Positions 23,860 to 37,116 of a DNA stretch of 64,000 bases are shown piece after piece. A model generated the notes under the pieces. That model saw nothing but the letters and a program-made list of their open reading frames with translations. It was not told the origin of the DNA and searched no databases. The DNA is taken from assembly GCF_018977255.1 (NCBI RefSeq), contig NW_024704743.1, positions 63,986,001 through 64,050,000 of the forward strand, read 5' to 3'. Made by a program: the position numbers and the translations under genes. The stretch comes from Callorhinchus milii (taxonomy: Eukaryota). The stretch's first letter is position 1. Each line of letters starts with the position of its first letter.

Positions 23860-24660
23860 ACTTTCATGGTTTAATTGAAAATGACCAATTTACAATTACA
23901 TCATATATACCTCTCAGCTCTATAATGCTGATTGACCATCTTTCCATGATAGCATCAGGTGCAAATTCTATCAAGCTTCTTGTTTTTCGTTCCCCTATTT
24001 TGGTGTAATCTGCCTACATAGCTACCTTGTATATCACTAGATAGGGTCCAATCACAGTTCCGTTGGGTAGCCTACTAACAAATCTGTCTTGTCTATTTTA
24101 TATAAAACGACTTTTAGAAGTCTAGATACACTATCATATGGCTTCCCAATTTGGGATGTCACCTCATCAAAAAAGCCTGAGGTTTTTGTCAGCCACGATC
24201 TGGTATTTGTTACACTATTTTCAATACATTACTCCTCCATTTTACTTCTGGTGATTGATTCTGCTATTTTTCCAATTACTTGGGCATACTAATAGGTCTG
24301 TCATTAGTAGGGTATGGTCTATTACCTTTTTCACACTTTTAAATGTTTCTGTTGATCCACTTCAGATCAATTTTACTTTTGTTTATGGTTGTATTTTGTT
24401 ATGAAAGTATTCTTTGTGCTTGGCGTAAGTTTTTGAACAATGTCTATCTCCCCTTCCCCCTCCAGCCCTCCAGTCTGTTACTGAGCTCATCTTTCATACC
24501 CCTGAAGTTTGCTTATACAGAGGTTCACACCAGGATTATCATTCCGAAATCCTTTTCCTTCTTCAGCACTGCCAATAAATAATCCATCATTTTTATATAT
24601 TTTTCTGCTTATTTCAATAAGCATTACTTACATTTATTTACATTAAATCTGCTGCTCACA
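23860..24660 (-). mobile_element. Highly degraded CR1-like LINE fragment
   Basis: Reverse complement has a [14 protein letters not shown] motif (LPNGTVIGP at ~24045-24075) and YRP.SL / F.EVT / Y.DF.K-like remnants. Confidence 0.6.
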
Positions 24661-27364
24661 AACCACTGAATACATTTTTAGTGCTGTACTTCTTTGGAGA
24701 GGTCATTCAACTTCAAAGACATTAGGATAAAATATGGTTTGTGAAAATGAGTAGTCAAAAATAAATATAAAAATAAATGACACTTTAAAATTTACGGATA
24801 CTGATTAAAGTATCTACTTACTCTAATTAACAGCATTCAAGTTTAAATCTGGTCACTTTAATTACTCATGAACTACATTACAAATCTTACTGGCACTGGG
24901 GGACATTCTATGATGTCTGTCTTGTGACAAAAGTTATTTTTTGTTACAATTTGTCTTGCAAACATGTTTGCCATAAGATAAATAGAAGTTGTTTTAAGAA
25001 CTCTTTATTTACTTCAGCGTCTTGGGACGTCCTCCCGACATGAAAGGCGCTTTACAAATGTAATTTTGTTGTTGTTGTTACTGTGGCACATAATATATGC
25101 CTAAAATGGAGGTGGGGGAAGAGGAGGGAGATGTAAGGCATAACATTAATAATATTGCTTCTCTCATTGCTGCACACTCCTGTGATTTCTCTAGTGTATT
25201 CCAATGGTAAAAGGGTTTGACAGATTCAGAGGAATCATTACTGATCCGGAGCTCTCCAGGTTGAGAATGGTATTTCTACAGGGTGTTTCAAACCCTAGGG
25301 GCATTGGAGGACAGGTTTGTGGTTGCAAATAGGCAGAGAGGAGGAGGAATACTGCTGGTTGAATTATCCAGTACTGTATTGTGCTTGATGTTTGGGAGGC
25401 TGTGTCGCGAGTGTTATTTTGGGAGTTGAACCGTCAGCCAGGTAGCCATTCTTCATTGTGAATCTAAACGGAGATCACAGCTATGCAGTAGTTCCACATT
25501 CCAATAGTGTTAACCTTGACAGAATTTTTTTCCTTTACCTAGCCTAGAGACGCTGAGCTAATTAAAATGTTCACACCATTGCCCCCACTGGAATTAGTTT
25601 ACTCAGCACAGATAAGTGCTTCACTTTGTGATAAGTGCAAAAAATACACTTTCTCCACTTTACAGTAAAAATCTTGTGAAGAGCTTTGACATATCCTATC
25701 AATACAAAAGGCACTATATTAAATCTGATGATACTCTGTAAATATTTGAAAATTATTATTAAAATTTAGAATCTTGCTGTTCAGCACAATTCACTAAGCA
25801 ATTGGGTAAGTTGACAGATTTAATGTTTTTACTGATGGTAATAGTTTGGTACAGTAACGTACTTCAATCATCTGCGGTAAACAAAACAACAAACACTCAG
25901 ACAAAATTTGAATAGTAATATGTTAACGGGGCTAAAGGTCAAGGTCTTTTCTGTTGCTGGATGCCCGAGTCAGTGTTTGCAGAGCTGTTCTATCCAGTTG
26001 CTTCAATCATTCAGTATTGTGCAGTAATCCATGCTCTTGTTGTGTTGGTTATTTGATCTATGGAGTATATTTAACTTGAATTGTAATCCTTCTCTGCCAC
26101 ATTGTTTATTAGGTATTACAACAGCATTCTATTAAGTGTTTTATTCTGATCTTAAAAAAATCTTTCCCTGTAGTTTCATAAAACATTTAGATTTCAAAAT
26201 TAAAGTTATGGATTTCAGAAAAGTAGTCTGATTATATACATGTATATAACTGGAGTAAATAAAGACTTGTTTACTCTGAAGTATTATTGTTCTGCAAATG
26301 TAAGTTAAAATTTATTAAGCTTTTACATTTTAGCAAAGACTAAAATATTTTTTGCATACAAAAATACAGACAGTGCTCTTTACAGTGAATCTTGTGAAGC
26401 TCTCTGTGACATCCTCCTGACATGAAAGACACTATATCAAAGCAAAGAATATTATTTTTTAGTTTTCTTCTTCTCTCACATTTAATCCATCTACTTGTAA
26501 CTAATTGAATTCATGTAGGTAGTAGGATAAATCCAAGTCATGAAACTATTAAAGATATTCAGTTGAAGAAGAAATTGATTAATGCAGTACTCAGCATATT
26601 TTAAACTCTGAAAATAAAATGTTTTGATCAGAGAGAATCCTATTTTTCTGTTTAATATTATTGCATTCTAAATGTTTAAATGAACTACAAAACTCTTTGT
26701 AATCTTTAAATGTTTGGAGAGTATCCGTACATTCTGTAAACTTTCTCCTAATAACTTGCTAAAATTGGATTTTGGAAGGTTAAAATACATTAAATGCTGA
26801 TGAAAAGAAAGCAAATTACTGTATGACTCATGAGACTGAATCCCTTATTATGTAAAATATTCATTTTATTTCATTATTTTCAATGTGATGTTTGTTAGAT
26901 TTCACAGTAAAATGATCAGTTGTTTGCCCACATAACGATGCCTGTTCACAATGAAAGGGGCACAAAAGCATAGTGTTAAGACTACTGAAATCCAGCCAGG
27001 CATGATCTTGGTATAATGTTTCTATTCTTCGTGTCATTTGGGCATGGTGCTATAACAATGGCATGTATTTGTCATGGCTGAAGAATTGGACATTGTGGAC
27101 ACTCTGACCTACAAATATGTGCCAACAATACCATGCATTGACAGAGCCCAAAGAGAATGCTCTCTTTGGCACAAATGTCAATCTATAAATGTTGTGTAGC
27201 TGGCAATCATGATTTGCAGTGTGGATATTTTAGGGGTTCGTTTTGGTCAGTCGGGTGTCTGACACATAAAGAAACACATCATCATACTTAAGAATATCCA
27301 AACCAGTTTCACATATGTATGCCATCTAGGCATGAACGTTTCCTTCTATCTGGAATTCAGCGCA

Positions 27365-27750
27365 TTTTCTATCCCTGGAGGGCCACAACCTGCTCACCTA
27401 ATTCTGGAGAGTATTAGGGGTAGGTTGGTGAGAGCAAGGCTTTGGCATGCCAGAGTATGCATTAGAGTACTGCTACAGTTTTATCAGATAAATCTCCAAA
27501 GAGTTTGCCATTGAAAGCATCTGCTTCTCCAGATAGGGCACACTACCCATTGGGACAGGCTTGCAGGGTGAACAAGAGACGAGTGGGAGGAACCCATGCC
27601 TCTTTGAGCTGGTCTGACATCCACAGTGCCTTCGAGCAGTAGTTCAGGAACCAGACTGCCAAAGAGGGTTGACTCGATTCCAACATTCTGTTGCCAAACA
27701 CATCACCCTGGGGCCATCTCAGCTCCAAGGAGACACTTCCTCTAATCCCC
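27365..27750. repeat. Unclassified interspersed repeat, copy 2
   Basis: Colinear with 21300-21760 in the same orientation, with internal deletions. Confidence 0.7.
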
Positions 27751-29019
27751 CGCCAATCATTACAGACATTTCAGAAAAGTGCTCAGTATTTCTGCGGTAA
27801 GCATCATAATTGCTCAGAAAATGTAAAGTGAGTGTGTGTATGAAGGTTAAAAAGTTTGTTTCTTTTATAACTTCCTTCATATTCTTCCACAAGGAACAAT
27901 TTTGGCCTTGGTAATCATAACTAAAATGAAGTTCTTGAATTCTTGAGAATAGGCACCATCAAAAGACTTAAATTTAATCCGTTATAATTTTTTTACAACA
28001 ATTTGTGATGCTATTGTTCAAAACTACTGTATTTAATACAAATGTGGTTTTATTGTTGTTTGTTGTTAAGCTTGTATATACGATTCTAAGGCAGTGAAGG
28101 TTTTGGACCAAAGAATAGATGTATGGTTCTTTGTAGCTTTGATTTGAGACTAAGTCATTTTATTAAAAAGTGTCTTGTTAAATCATGTGCTATAATGTAA
28201 ATTTCAGTTTATTATAACTGTATTTTGTTCTTCATAAAATTAATTTGATGTAATATAATAAAATCACAAACGTTTTCCAAATATATTTTTATAATTAATA
28301 GAATTGCAACTCCTGAATTAAGCGACTACATTATTATTGTTTCCGTTAAATATATTCTCTAATGGTTTCTGTGTTAAGATAGACAGGAACAGAAGTATCA
28401 GCCTATCGAACCTGGATTTTTTTTGCATATATGAGATTTTTGCATGAGATTAGGAAAAGCTTTATCACACAGACTGGGAGGAATGCGGAATTCTCTGCCA
28501 TAGTCAGTTGTTCGGACGGCAACTACGTGCTCTTTCAAAAAAAGACGTGGTTGAGAGAATAAAGTTGAGGAATGTGGTGAAAAGGCTTGGTTCTGAGCTC
28601 TATCTAACCATCAGAGCTTTTCAAATTAATAGTTTATTTTGATGCAGGTGAAGCTTGTTAAAACCTTCTTCTCCATTGAAAATAATGGAAATGTGAATGT
28701 GTGCGGGAAGATCTTACCTAGATCACAATGCATTTTCCTACTAACATTTGTTAGAAATGGTAGCAAATGCAAAGAAAGGTGTCATAGAAAGTAACATAAA
28801 AAGTACATATGCGTTTATTACAAGGGTTTTCACACACAGGTCACAAAACCTGGCTGGTTTATAAACATCAGCTGAATCCTGCCTGATGTTTTACTGTTGA
28901 ACATATTCCGTATTGTATTAGTTATATACAGTACAACTATCCTTTATTTCTGTCTACTTGCATCTGTTGCCATTGGAGTTTAGTTCTAGAATTAACTATC
29001 AATGTCTCCTATCAATGTT

Positions 29020-29333
29020 GGAGTCCTGTAGCTCAGTGGTTAGAGCACTCGCTTTGCAAGCGAGAGACCTGAGTTCAATTCCAGGCAGGGTGAAACCTTG
29101 GGCAAGTTTCCTTACTCCACACGCCTAATGATAATCCCTCCAAAACCAAAAACAATAATAAATTGGTCATTTTCAATCCACGACTGTTTGTGGGACATTG
29201 CTGTGCAATTGGCTGCCGCGTTCGCCCACAAATATACAGTCAATTCACTTTACAGTGAGTTCTGTGAAGCGTTTTGGGACGTCCTCCCGACGTGAAAAGC
29301 GCTATATCAAATGCAAGGATTATTATTATTATT
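29020..29333 (+). mobile_element. Full-length tRNA-headed SINE, short form
   Basis: Closely matches 15326-15635 throughout. Confidence 0.95.
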
Positions 29334-29344
29334 AACTCCTGTCA

Positions 29345-31355
29345 TTATTCCTTTGAGGAATAAGAATGCCACGGGAAAGGTGGCCCAACCGTGGCTAACT
29401 AGAGCAGTTAGGGAAAGTATAAAGATAAAGGAAGAAGCCTATAAAACAGCTAAGATGAGTAGTTAAATCCGAGGATTGGGAGAACTTTAGGGATCAACAA
29501 AGGAGAACCAAAAAAGTGATTAAGAGGGAGAAAATGGAATATGAGGGCAAACTAGCGAAGAACATAAAGACAGACTGCAAGAGTTTTTATAAATATATAA
29601 AGAGGAGGAGGCTGTCAAAGGTAAATGTGGGTCCACTACAGGCAGAGACGGGGGGAATTACAATAGGGGACAAAGACATGGCAGAGTCATTAAACAAGTA
29701 CTTTGCTACTGTCTTCACCTTAGAAGACACTGAAAACCTATCAAGAATAGAGGGGAACCAAGAAGAAAATGTTAGTGAGCAACTTGGAGGAATTAATATT
29801 AGTAAAGAAATGGTTTTAGGTAAATTATCAGGTCTTAAAACTGATAAATCTCCTGGATGGCTTGTCTTTGATCTTCCAAAATTCTCTGGATTCTGGAACG
29901 GTTCCCATTGATTGGAAGATTGCAAACGTGACACCACTATTTAAGAAGGGTGGGAGAGAAAAGATGGGGAACTATAGACCAGTTAGTCTGACATCAGTGG
30001 AAGGGAAAATTCTTGAGTCCTTAATTAAAGATGTCGTTATGGGATTCCTGGAAGACCATAACAAGATTAGGCAGAGTCAACATGGCTTCACAAAAGGGAA
30101 GTCATGCTTAACTAATCTTCTAGAGTTTTTTTTGAAGATGTAACTAGCAGGTTAGATAGGGGGGAACCAGTAGATGTAGTATATTTAGATTTTAAAAAGG
30201 CATTTGACAAAGTGCCACACAAAAGGCTATTGCACAAGGTTAAGGCCCACGGGATAAATGGGAACATATTAGCATGGATTGAAGAGTGGCTAACGGGTAG
30301 AAAACAGAGAGTAGGGATAAACGGGTCATTCTCGAATTGGTAGGATGTGACTAGTGGAGTGCCACAAGGATCAGTGCTTGGGCCTCAGCTATTTACAATT
30401 TACATCAATAATCTAGACGAGGACATTGAGTGTAACGTATCTAAATTCGCGGATGACACTAAACTAGGTGGGAGAGTAAGCTCTGCAACGGGATATAGAT
30501 AGGCCTGGGGAGTGGGCAAGTAGGTGGCAGATGGAATTTAATGTGGGGAAGTGTGAAGTTATTCACCTTGGTAGAAAAAATAGAAAAACAGATTATTTTC
30601 TAGAGGGGGAGAGATTAGATGTGTTAGTGTTCAGAGGGATTTGGGTGTCCTTGTACACCAGTCTCAAAAAGTTAGTTTGCAGGTGCAGCAAGCAACTAAG
30701 AAGGCGAATGGCAAGTTAGCGTTCATTGCAAGTGGTTTAGAGTACAAGAGTAGGGAAGTCTTCCTGCAGCTGTATAGGGCCTTGGTGAGACCGCACCTAG
30801 AGTATTGTGTGCAGTTTTGGTCTCCTTATTTAAAAAAGGACATACTTGCCCTAGAGGGGGTGCAGCGTAGATTCACTAGGTTAGTTCCTGGGATGAAGGG
30901 ACTGACCTATGAGGATAGGCTGAATAAACTAGGACTATATTCTCTAGAGTACAGAGGAATTAGGGGAGATCTTATTGAAACATATACTATTCTTAAAGGG
31001 CTGGATAAAGTAGACACTGAGGGTCTGTTTCCCCTGGTAGGAGAATCTATAACCAGGGGTCATAGTCTTAAAACGAAGGGTCAGCCTTTTAGAACAGAGT
31101 TGAGGAAACATTTCTTCACTCAGAGGGTAGTGAATTTATGGAATTCACTCCCCCAGAAGGCTGTAGATGCTCAGTCCTTGAACATCTTCAAGGTTGAGAC
31201 TGAGATTTTTTTAAAAAACAGAGGGATTAGGGGATATGGGGATAGGGCAGGTAATTAGAGTTAGGTCAGAAGATCAGCCATGATCTTATCGAATGGCGGG
31301 GCAGCCTCGAGGGGCCGAATGGCCTACTCCTGCTCCTAATTCTTATGTTCTTATT
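29345..31355 (+). mobile_element. Young 5'-truncated CR1 LINE (ORF2 RT and C-terminus), disrupted
   Basis: [48 protein letters not shown] and RPHLEYCVQFWSP motifs; 3' end GGCCGAATGGCCTACTCCTGCTCCTAATTCTTATGTTCTTAT; stops, frameshifts and internal deletions near 29857 and 30485. Confidence 0.97.
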
Positions 31356-31429
31356 ATGCTAACTGCATTTTCTTGTGGCAAATAATTCTATTTGTAAATA
31401 CCTACTTTGAGTAAGGTTGATACCTAATG

Positions 31430-31770
31430 AAAACAAAATGCAAAATATTGCAGATGCTGGAAACCTGAAACAAAAACAGAAGTTGCTGGGAACACTCAGC
31501 AGGTCAGGCAGCATCTATGGAGAAAGGAAAGTGAGTCAGTGTTTCAGGTCCACGACCCTTTGCCAGAACCTGGGCATGTTGAGAGGGAGAGGCTTTTAAG
31601 GACTAACAGAGGAGTATGACAAGGCAAGGAAGACAAAGGAGAAAATGGGATAGAAGACAGGGGATGATGGGTTAAAGAGGAGTTAATGATGCAAAACAAA
31701 AGCGGGGATTGCAACAAAATGGGAAAAGAAGTGTTAATAATGGAAAACGAAGTGGGGGAAAATTGCAACA
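31430..31770 (-). mobile_element. Penelope-like element 3'/pLTR remnant
   Basis: GCAGATGCTGGAAACCTGAAAC...ACTCAGCAGGTCAGGCAGCATCT...GTTTCAGGTC...GACCC pattern, recalled as typical of shark Penelope termini; degenerate hammerhead-like core on the minus strand; matching ORF end at 33652-33736. Confidence 0.7.
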
Positions 31771-33580
31771 AAACAACAACAACAAGATTCCATTTATAAA
31801 GCGCCTTTCACGTCAGGAGGACGTCCCAAGGCGCTGCACAGTTGGGTCAGGACCCGAGCAGGGGGAAATGGTCAGGGTGAGGGGAGGGAAGGGAGGGAGC
31901 GAGGAGGGGGGAAATGGTCAGGGTGAGGGGAGGGAAGGGAGGGAGCGAGGAGGGGGAAATGGTCAGGGTGAGGGGAGGGAAGGGAGGGAGCGAGGAGGGG
32001 GAAGAGAGTCGAGAGGGGAGCTGAAGGCTCGGTCAAAGAGAAAGGTTTTGAGACCGGCCTTGAAGGAGGAGAGGGAGGAGGCAGCGAAGGCACTGGGGGA
32101 TGGAGTTCCAGAGCCTGGGGGCTGAGAGGCTGAAGGCCCGACCACCGATGGTAGGGCGATTGGGGCGGGGGACGTGGAGCAGACCGGAGCCGGAGGAACG
32201 GAGGGTACGGGCAGGTAGGTAGGGGGATAGTAGGTTGGAGAGGTAGGAGGGAGCAAGGCCGTGAATGGCCTTGTAGGTGAGGATGAGGATCTTGAAATCA
32301 ATCCTCTGGGGGATGGGGAGCCAGTGGAGGCGAGCGAGGGTGGGAGTGATGTGGTCTCGAAGCCTGGTGCGGGACAGTACACGAGCTGAGTGCTGAATGA
32401 CCTGCAGCTTGTGGAGGGAGGTGCCGGGAAGGCCGGCGAGGAGAGGGTTCCCATAGTCCAGCCTTGAGGTGACAAAGGCGTGAACCAGGGTTTCAGCAGC
32501 GTGAGGGGTGAGGTAGTGCCGTAGTATGGCGATGTTCCGGAGGTGATGGAAGGCGGTGCCAGTTGTGGTGCGGATGTGAGGGAGAAAGGACAGCTCAGGG
32601 TCGAACAAAACGCCGAGGTTCCTGACTGGCTTTGAGAGGTGGAGAGTGCAGCCTTGGATGCTGATGGTGTCAGCGCCTGAGGTGCGGAGGCGATGACGTG
32701 AGCCAATCAGGAGGGCCTCGGTTTTTCGCACGTTGAGGTGAAGAAAGTTGTCTCTCGTCCAGGACTCGATGTTGGACAGGCAGGCTGTCAGGACATCGGT
32801 GGTCGTGGAGTTGAGAGTAGAGGAGGAAAGGTAGAGTTGGGTGTCATCCGCATACATGTGGAAGTTAACTCCATGTCTGCGGATGATGTCACCACAGGGG
32901 GAGCATATAGAGGGTGAAGAGGAGGGGACCGAGGACAGAGCCCTGAGGGACACCACATGAGACAGTGCGGGGGGTGGAGGAGAAGCCATTCGTCGAGACA
33001 AAGTGAAGACGGTGAGAGAGGTACAACCTAAACCATTCAAGGACAGTGCCTTGAAGGTTGAGGTGGGAGGACAAGCGGTGGAGTAGGATAGCGTGGTCGA
33101 CCGTATCGAATGCTGCCGATAGGTCGAGGAGGCAGAGGGAGCCCTGGTCACAGATGGTCAGGATATCATTGGTGACCTTGACCAGGGCAGTTTCTGTGCT
33201 ATGGGCAGCACGGAAACCTGACTGAAGGGGTTCAAAAAGAGAATGGGTGGAAAGGAAAGAGCGCAGTTGGGAGGCGACAACTCTTTCCAGGACCTTGGAG
33301 AGAAAGGGGAGGTTGGAGATGGGCCGGTAGCTTGATAGCTGTGACGCATCAAGGGAGGGTTTTTTCAGGGTGGGCATGATGGTGGCAGTTTTTAAGGGAA
33401 TGGGGACAGAGCCAGAGGAGAGGGACAGGTTGACGATGTCGGTGATATGTGGGGCAAGAAAGTGGAGCTGGGAGATAAGGAGTGGAGTGGGGATGGGGTC
33501 AAGGGAGCAGGTGGTTGGTTTCAGGGATAGGATGAGTTTGGTGACAGAGCGAGACCAGAGCGAACAGGCAGACCAGAGCG
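31770..33580 (-). mobile_element. Young 5'-truncated L2 LINE inserted in the Penelope remnant
   Basis: [54 protein letters not shown] and LHWLPI motifs; few frameshifts; intact stem-loop tail and (TTG)n end. Confidence 0.97.
31861..31996 (+). repeat. G-rich tandem repeat, 3 x 45-46 bp, in the L2 3'UTR
   Basis: Unit GGGGGAAATGGTCAGGGTGAGGGGAGGGAAGGGAGGGAGCGAGGA at 31861, 31906 and 31952. Confidence 0.95.
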
Positions 33581-33736
33581 AGAAAAGGTGTGTCTGGGAC
33601 CCAGATGATGTGGTAATGGTCACAGAGGAAGGGGAGGGGGAAGGTGAGCTGTTATGGTCTGAAATTATTGAAATCAATATTGAGGCCAGAGGGCTGTAAG
33701 GTGCCTAGATAGATGAGGTGCTGTTCCTCGAGCTTG
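33580..33736 (-). mobile_element. Penelope-like element: GIY-YIG endonuclease C-terminus and start of 3'UTR
   Basis: Minus-strand [27 protein letters not shown] (stop at 33652-33654) matches the E..I..L.T..P.GLN ending of Penelope-type ORFs. Confidence 0.85.
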
Positions 33737-34399
33737 TTACCTAATGTTCCTGGTCTATTCTGGCTCACTGTAAAATTACATAATTAGGTAATGAGATAAA
33801 GGAGCAGGTAGAATGTGGGGTATATTATGCATTGTGGTATTGCAATGTATCTTATTAGCCTCAAACTTGTAATCTTTGTTTTGGGATCAGGCACTATTAA
33901 CAAGCTAATTTAAGTTAATTAAAAGCTACGGTTTGGCATTGCATATAATGTAAGTTTTGTTGTTTTTTGGAATAATTTGTAATTCACGCAGAATGCCTTG
34001 AGGTTCCTCTGTGTAATCTTTATTTTTGTTTGTTTAGTGCAGGATCACCTTATACAATATCACAATTACTACTGTACTTTTGGCAGGTGCTTCTTGCACC
34101 TGATAATTCATTGTTAAATGAATTAATGTGGAATACTTTCTCATCTCCAAGGATACAGTGACAGACACCAGAATTCTCTACTATTATGCATTACATAGTA
34201 TCAATCCTAATGTATTTTTCTGCCATAATATACAAGAGAAAAATTAAATGAATGTAAATATGTTCATTGATACCATATGTTTGGTTGGATTCTCATTCAG
34301 TGTGATTCAACAATTAAATCCTCTGGTTACTGTACAGTAGTAATGGGTGAACATATATGAACTTGCATCAGCATTTATTAAGTTTAACTCCTGGTCAGA

Positions 34400-35240
34400 T
34401 ATGAATGGTGCAAACTTCATTGCAAGTTGCCTCAAATTGCTAAATCAAATCACAGTATTCTTCTACCTACTTTGTCAAAACTTTGATTACTTCAGCAAAT
34501 CACATCCAATGTGTGCAAGGCAATCATGACTTACTCACACACTAAGGGAAACAATTGAATCAAACCATCCTAAACATTCCTTAAAAATCGAGACCTGTGA
34601 CCACACAAAAAAATTGTTCTGACATATTACCATTCACAACACATTCCACACTTTTGTTGTCGCAATGGACCAAAACGTAGACTATTGGTTGCATTTAGAT
34701 TTATTTCATAAGTGGCAATAGTTAGATGAAATCTTCTTTGCATTTGTTTCCAAATATCTCATATATGCATTTCTTGATTCCATTGGGGCAGCTGCAAATG
34801 CAGGCATGTGTTGACATTTACATAATAAAACCTATAACATTCAAGTCCTGTGTGAATTTGAGAGGTATATAACGAATACAAAAGCCATGTTTCCAGGACT
34901 GATCCAGGATTCCTTTGTTGAATGACCTGTAGCGACTACATATTTTCAGCCTTATATGGATGGTTTACCCCCTCCATACGTGACTTAAGACAAGAGACAA
35001 GCCAGCATACCAATGCACAGCATTGATGTAAAACAATGTGCCTCATTCCAGACAGCTGTTCACATAAAACAAATGTTTGGCATATCGATGCAAAGATTTT
35101 ATTGCCTTAGCTGTTTCATGAGATCCCTGCAGTATTTTCCAAGAAAGAATATGAAAAGAATTATTGCATATTGTTTGCTTAACAACACAGCAAAATACGT
35201 GGGAAATCCCTTCCCTCTAGATGAGGACACTATTAGGGGT
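34400..35240 (+). mobile_element. PIF/Harbinger (HARBI1-like, DDE_Tnp_4) transposase fossil
   Basis: In-frame YNIQVLCEFERYITNTKAMFPGLIQDSFV from 34833 resembles S.NVQ.VCD......V.A..PGS.HDS. IKQMFGISMQRFYCL...LQYFPRK...IIAYCLLNN resembles IE..FG.LK.RFRCL...LQY.P......ACC.LHN. The 5' boundary is uncertain. Confidence 0.75.
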
Positions 35241-35548
35241 GGAGTCCTGTAGCTCAGTGGTTAGAACGCTCACCTTGCAAGCGCGAGACCTGGGTTCAAT
35301 TCCCGGCAGGGCGAAACCTTGAACAAAGTTTCCTTACTCCACACGCCTGATAATAATCCCTCAAGAAAAAAATAATAATTTGGTCACTTCAATCCGCAAC
35401 TGTTTGTGGAACACTGCTGTGTGCAATTGGCTGCCTCGTTACGCTCACAAATATACAGTCAATTCAGTTTACAGTATATTCCGTGAAGCGCTTTGAGACG
35501 TCTAGAAGACGTGAAAAGCACTATATCAAATGCAAGGATTATTATTAT
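35241..35548 (+). mobile_element. Full-length tRNA-headed SINE, short form, at the 3' end of the Harbinger fossil
   Basis: Same head, core and tail as 15326 and 29020. Confidence 0.95.
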
Positions 35549-36859
35549 CTTGCAGCAGAGAAATGCTTCTGTAGCCAATGAATTGATAGAAAGCTGAAAG
35601 GAAAATGAAAGGCAAGGTTAGGGTAAGCTATTTCATATACATATTTGATTTGGGAGTTTATCATTTACTTGTGTGTCATGCAGATACTCTGGACAAAGCT
35701 GTATAATACTGTCTCTTAATCACAACCAACCTTGAATAATAACAAACTGCAAAAAAGCCAGATGAATAAAAGTGCTATTTTACACAGCATCCAGGCCGAA
35801 GTGGACTTGAGTATGGATTGCAGGAAGCCTGGCTCGTACTAATTTCTTCAAAGATTTCTATACACTCAATAATCTTTGGGATGAATTTCATAAAATGTCT
35901 GCCCTTGTTACAGTTTTGAATTATGCATTCCATCATGTCATAATATATCCTAAAAATATAGTTTCAATTAGAGATTGCAAGATCATATTTTACTGTACCT
36001 ATTTTCCTGTGAACTATAAATAAACATGTTTGATATGTTGTCAATAGTTGTCATAACTGAATGCTAATGAAATTATGAACAGAATTAACTGTCATTAAAA
36101 ACACATTGGCATTAATTTGATGCTAGTTTTATATCCATTATAATGCAACATTAATAAAACAATTGCCATTCAAAAAAATACAATAGTTAATATTTTATGG
36201 TGGGAGAAAAAATTGATTGAATTGCTTGAGCTCTGTCTACAGAACAAAAGATCATACATCATATTACTTGTTTTGCTGTATTAACTCTATTGGTAGATAT
36301 AAGTAATCGTCTGTGAGGCTATAGTTCTGTTCTATATTAAAACTAAATGCTATTCATTTGTAACAAATTCTAATTTAACAAAATATTGTTACAAAATTGC
36401 AGTTTACGTTATGTCTTCATGTATAGTAATTATTCTGCCTTTGCAACTTTAATATTCATATGGTTACCGAAAATAATATTGTTGACTGGGAAAATCTGCC
36501 ATCTGGGTGGGGAATGCAATTCTGCACTTCTTTCCCAGTTGGTTTAAACACTTTGGGAGTTCTTCCTGACATGAAAGGCACTAGATAAGTGTAAATTTGT
36601 ATTGGAGTAACATAAAAATAATTTTAAAACTAAAAGAGTTTAAAAGGTTGTTGCAGTAGGTAAGATTCTAAAAACAAAACCTTTTGGTGATTATAAAATC
36701 TAGTAATTTGATGACAACTCAGTTCTGAATCAAGCTGAGGGAGAAGCCATTCTACAGAAGTAACTTCAAGCCAGTGATTAAACTTTGGGACAAAAACACT
36801 GGAGCGTTCTATCCTTAGGATAATCATCATATAAAATACTGTGAAATTCACCCTATTAT

Positions 36860-37116
36860 CTCCAATCAGGTGAGACATTAAACTGAGATCCCATCTGCCT
36901 TTCAGCTAGACTCTGGTTAACCAGCCTCTCGGTGTGCAATTTCCCCAGATAAAAGGGTCATTTACTTCACGACTCCTTATGGGACAAGTTGTGCAAATTG
37001 TCTACTGTGTGTGCCTACAACTACAGTCACTAGACTTTATAGAAAATACTTGAAGAACTTTGAAATGTTTTCAACAATGTGATAAGAAACTATACCAAAT
37101 GCACGTGATTATTATT
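36860..37116 (+). mobile_element. Degraded DeuSINE-like fragment
   Basis: GAGACATTAAACTGAGATCCCATCTGCC, TATGGGACAAG..GTGCAAATTG, and a degenerate tail. Confidence 0.55.

Noticed and set aside
31709..32706. Gly/Glu-rich and Pro/Ser-rich ORFs
   Set aside because: Antisense or off-frame translations of the C-rich L2 strand and its tandem repeat.
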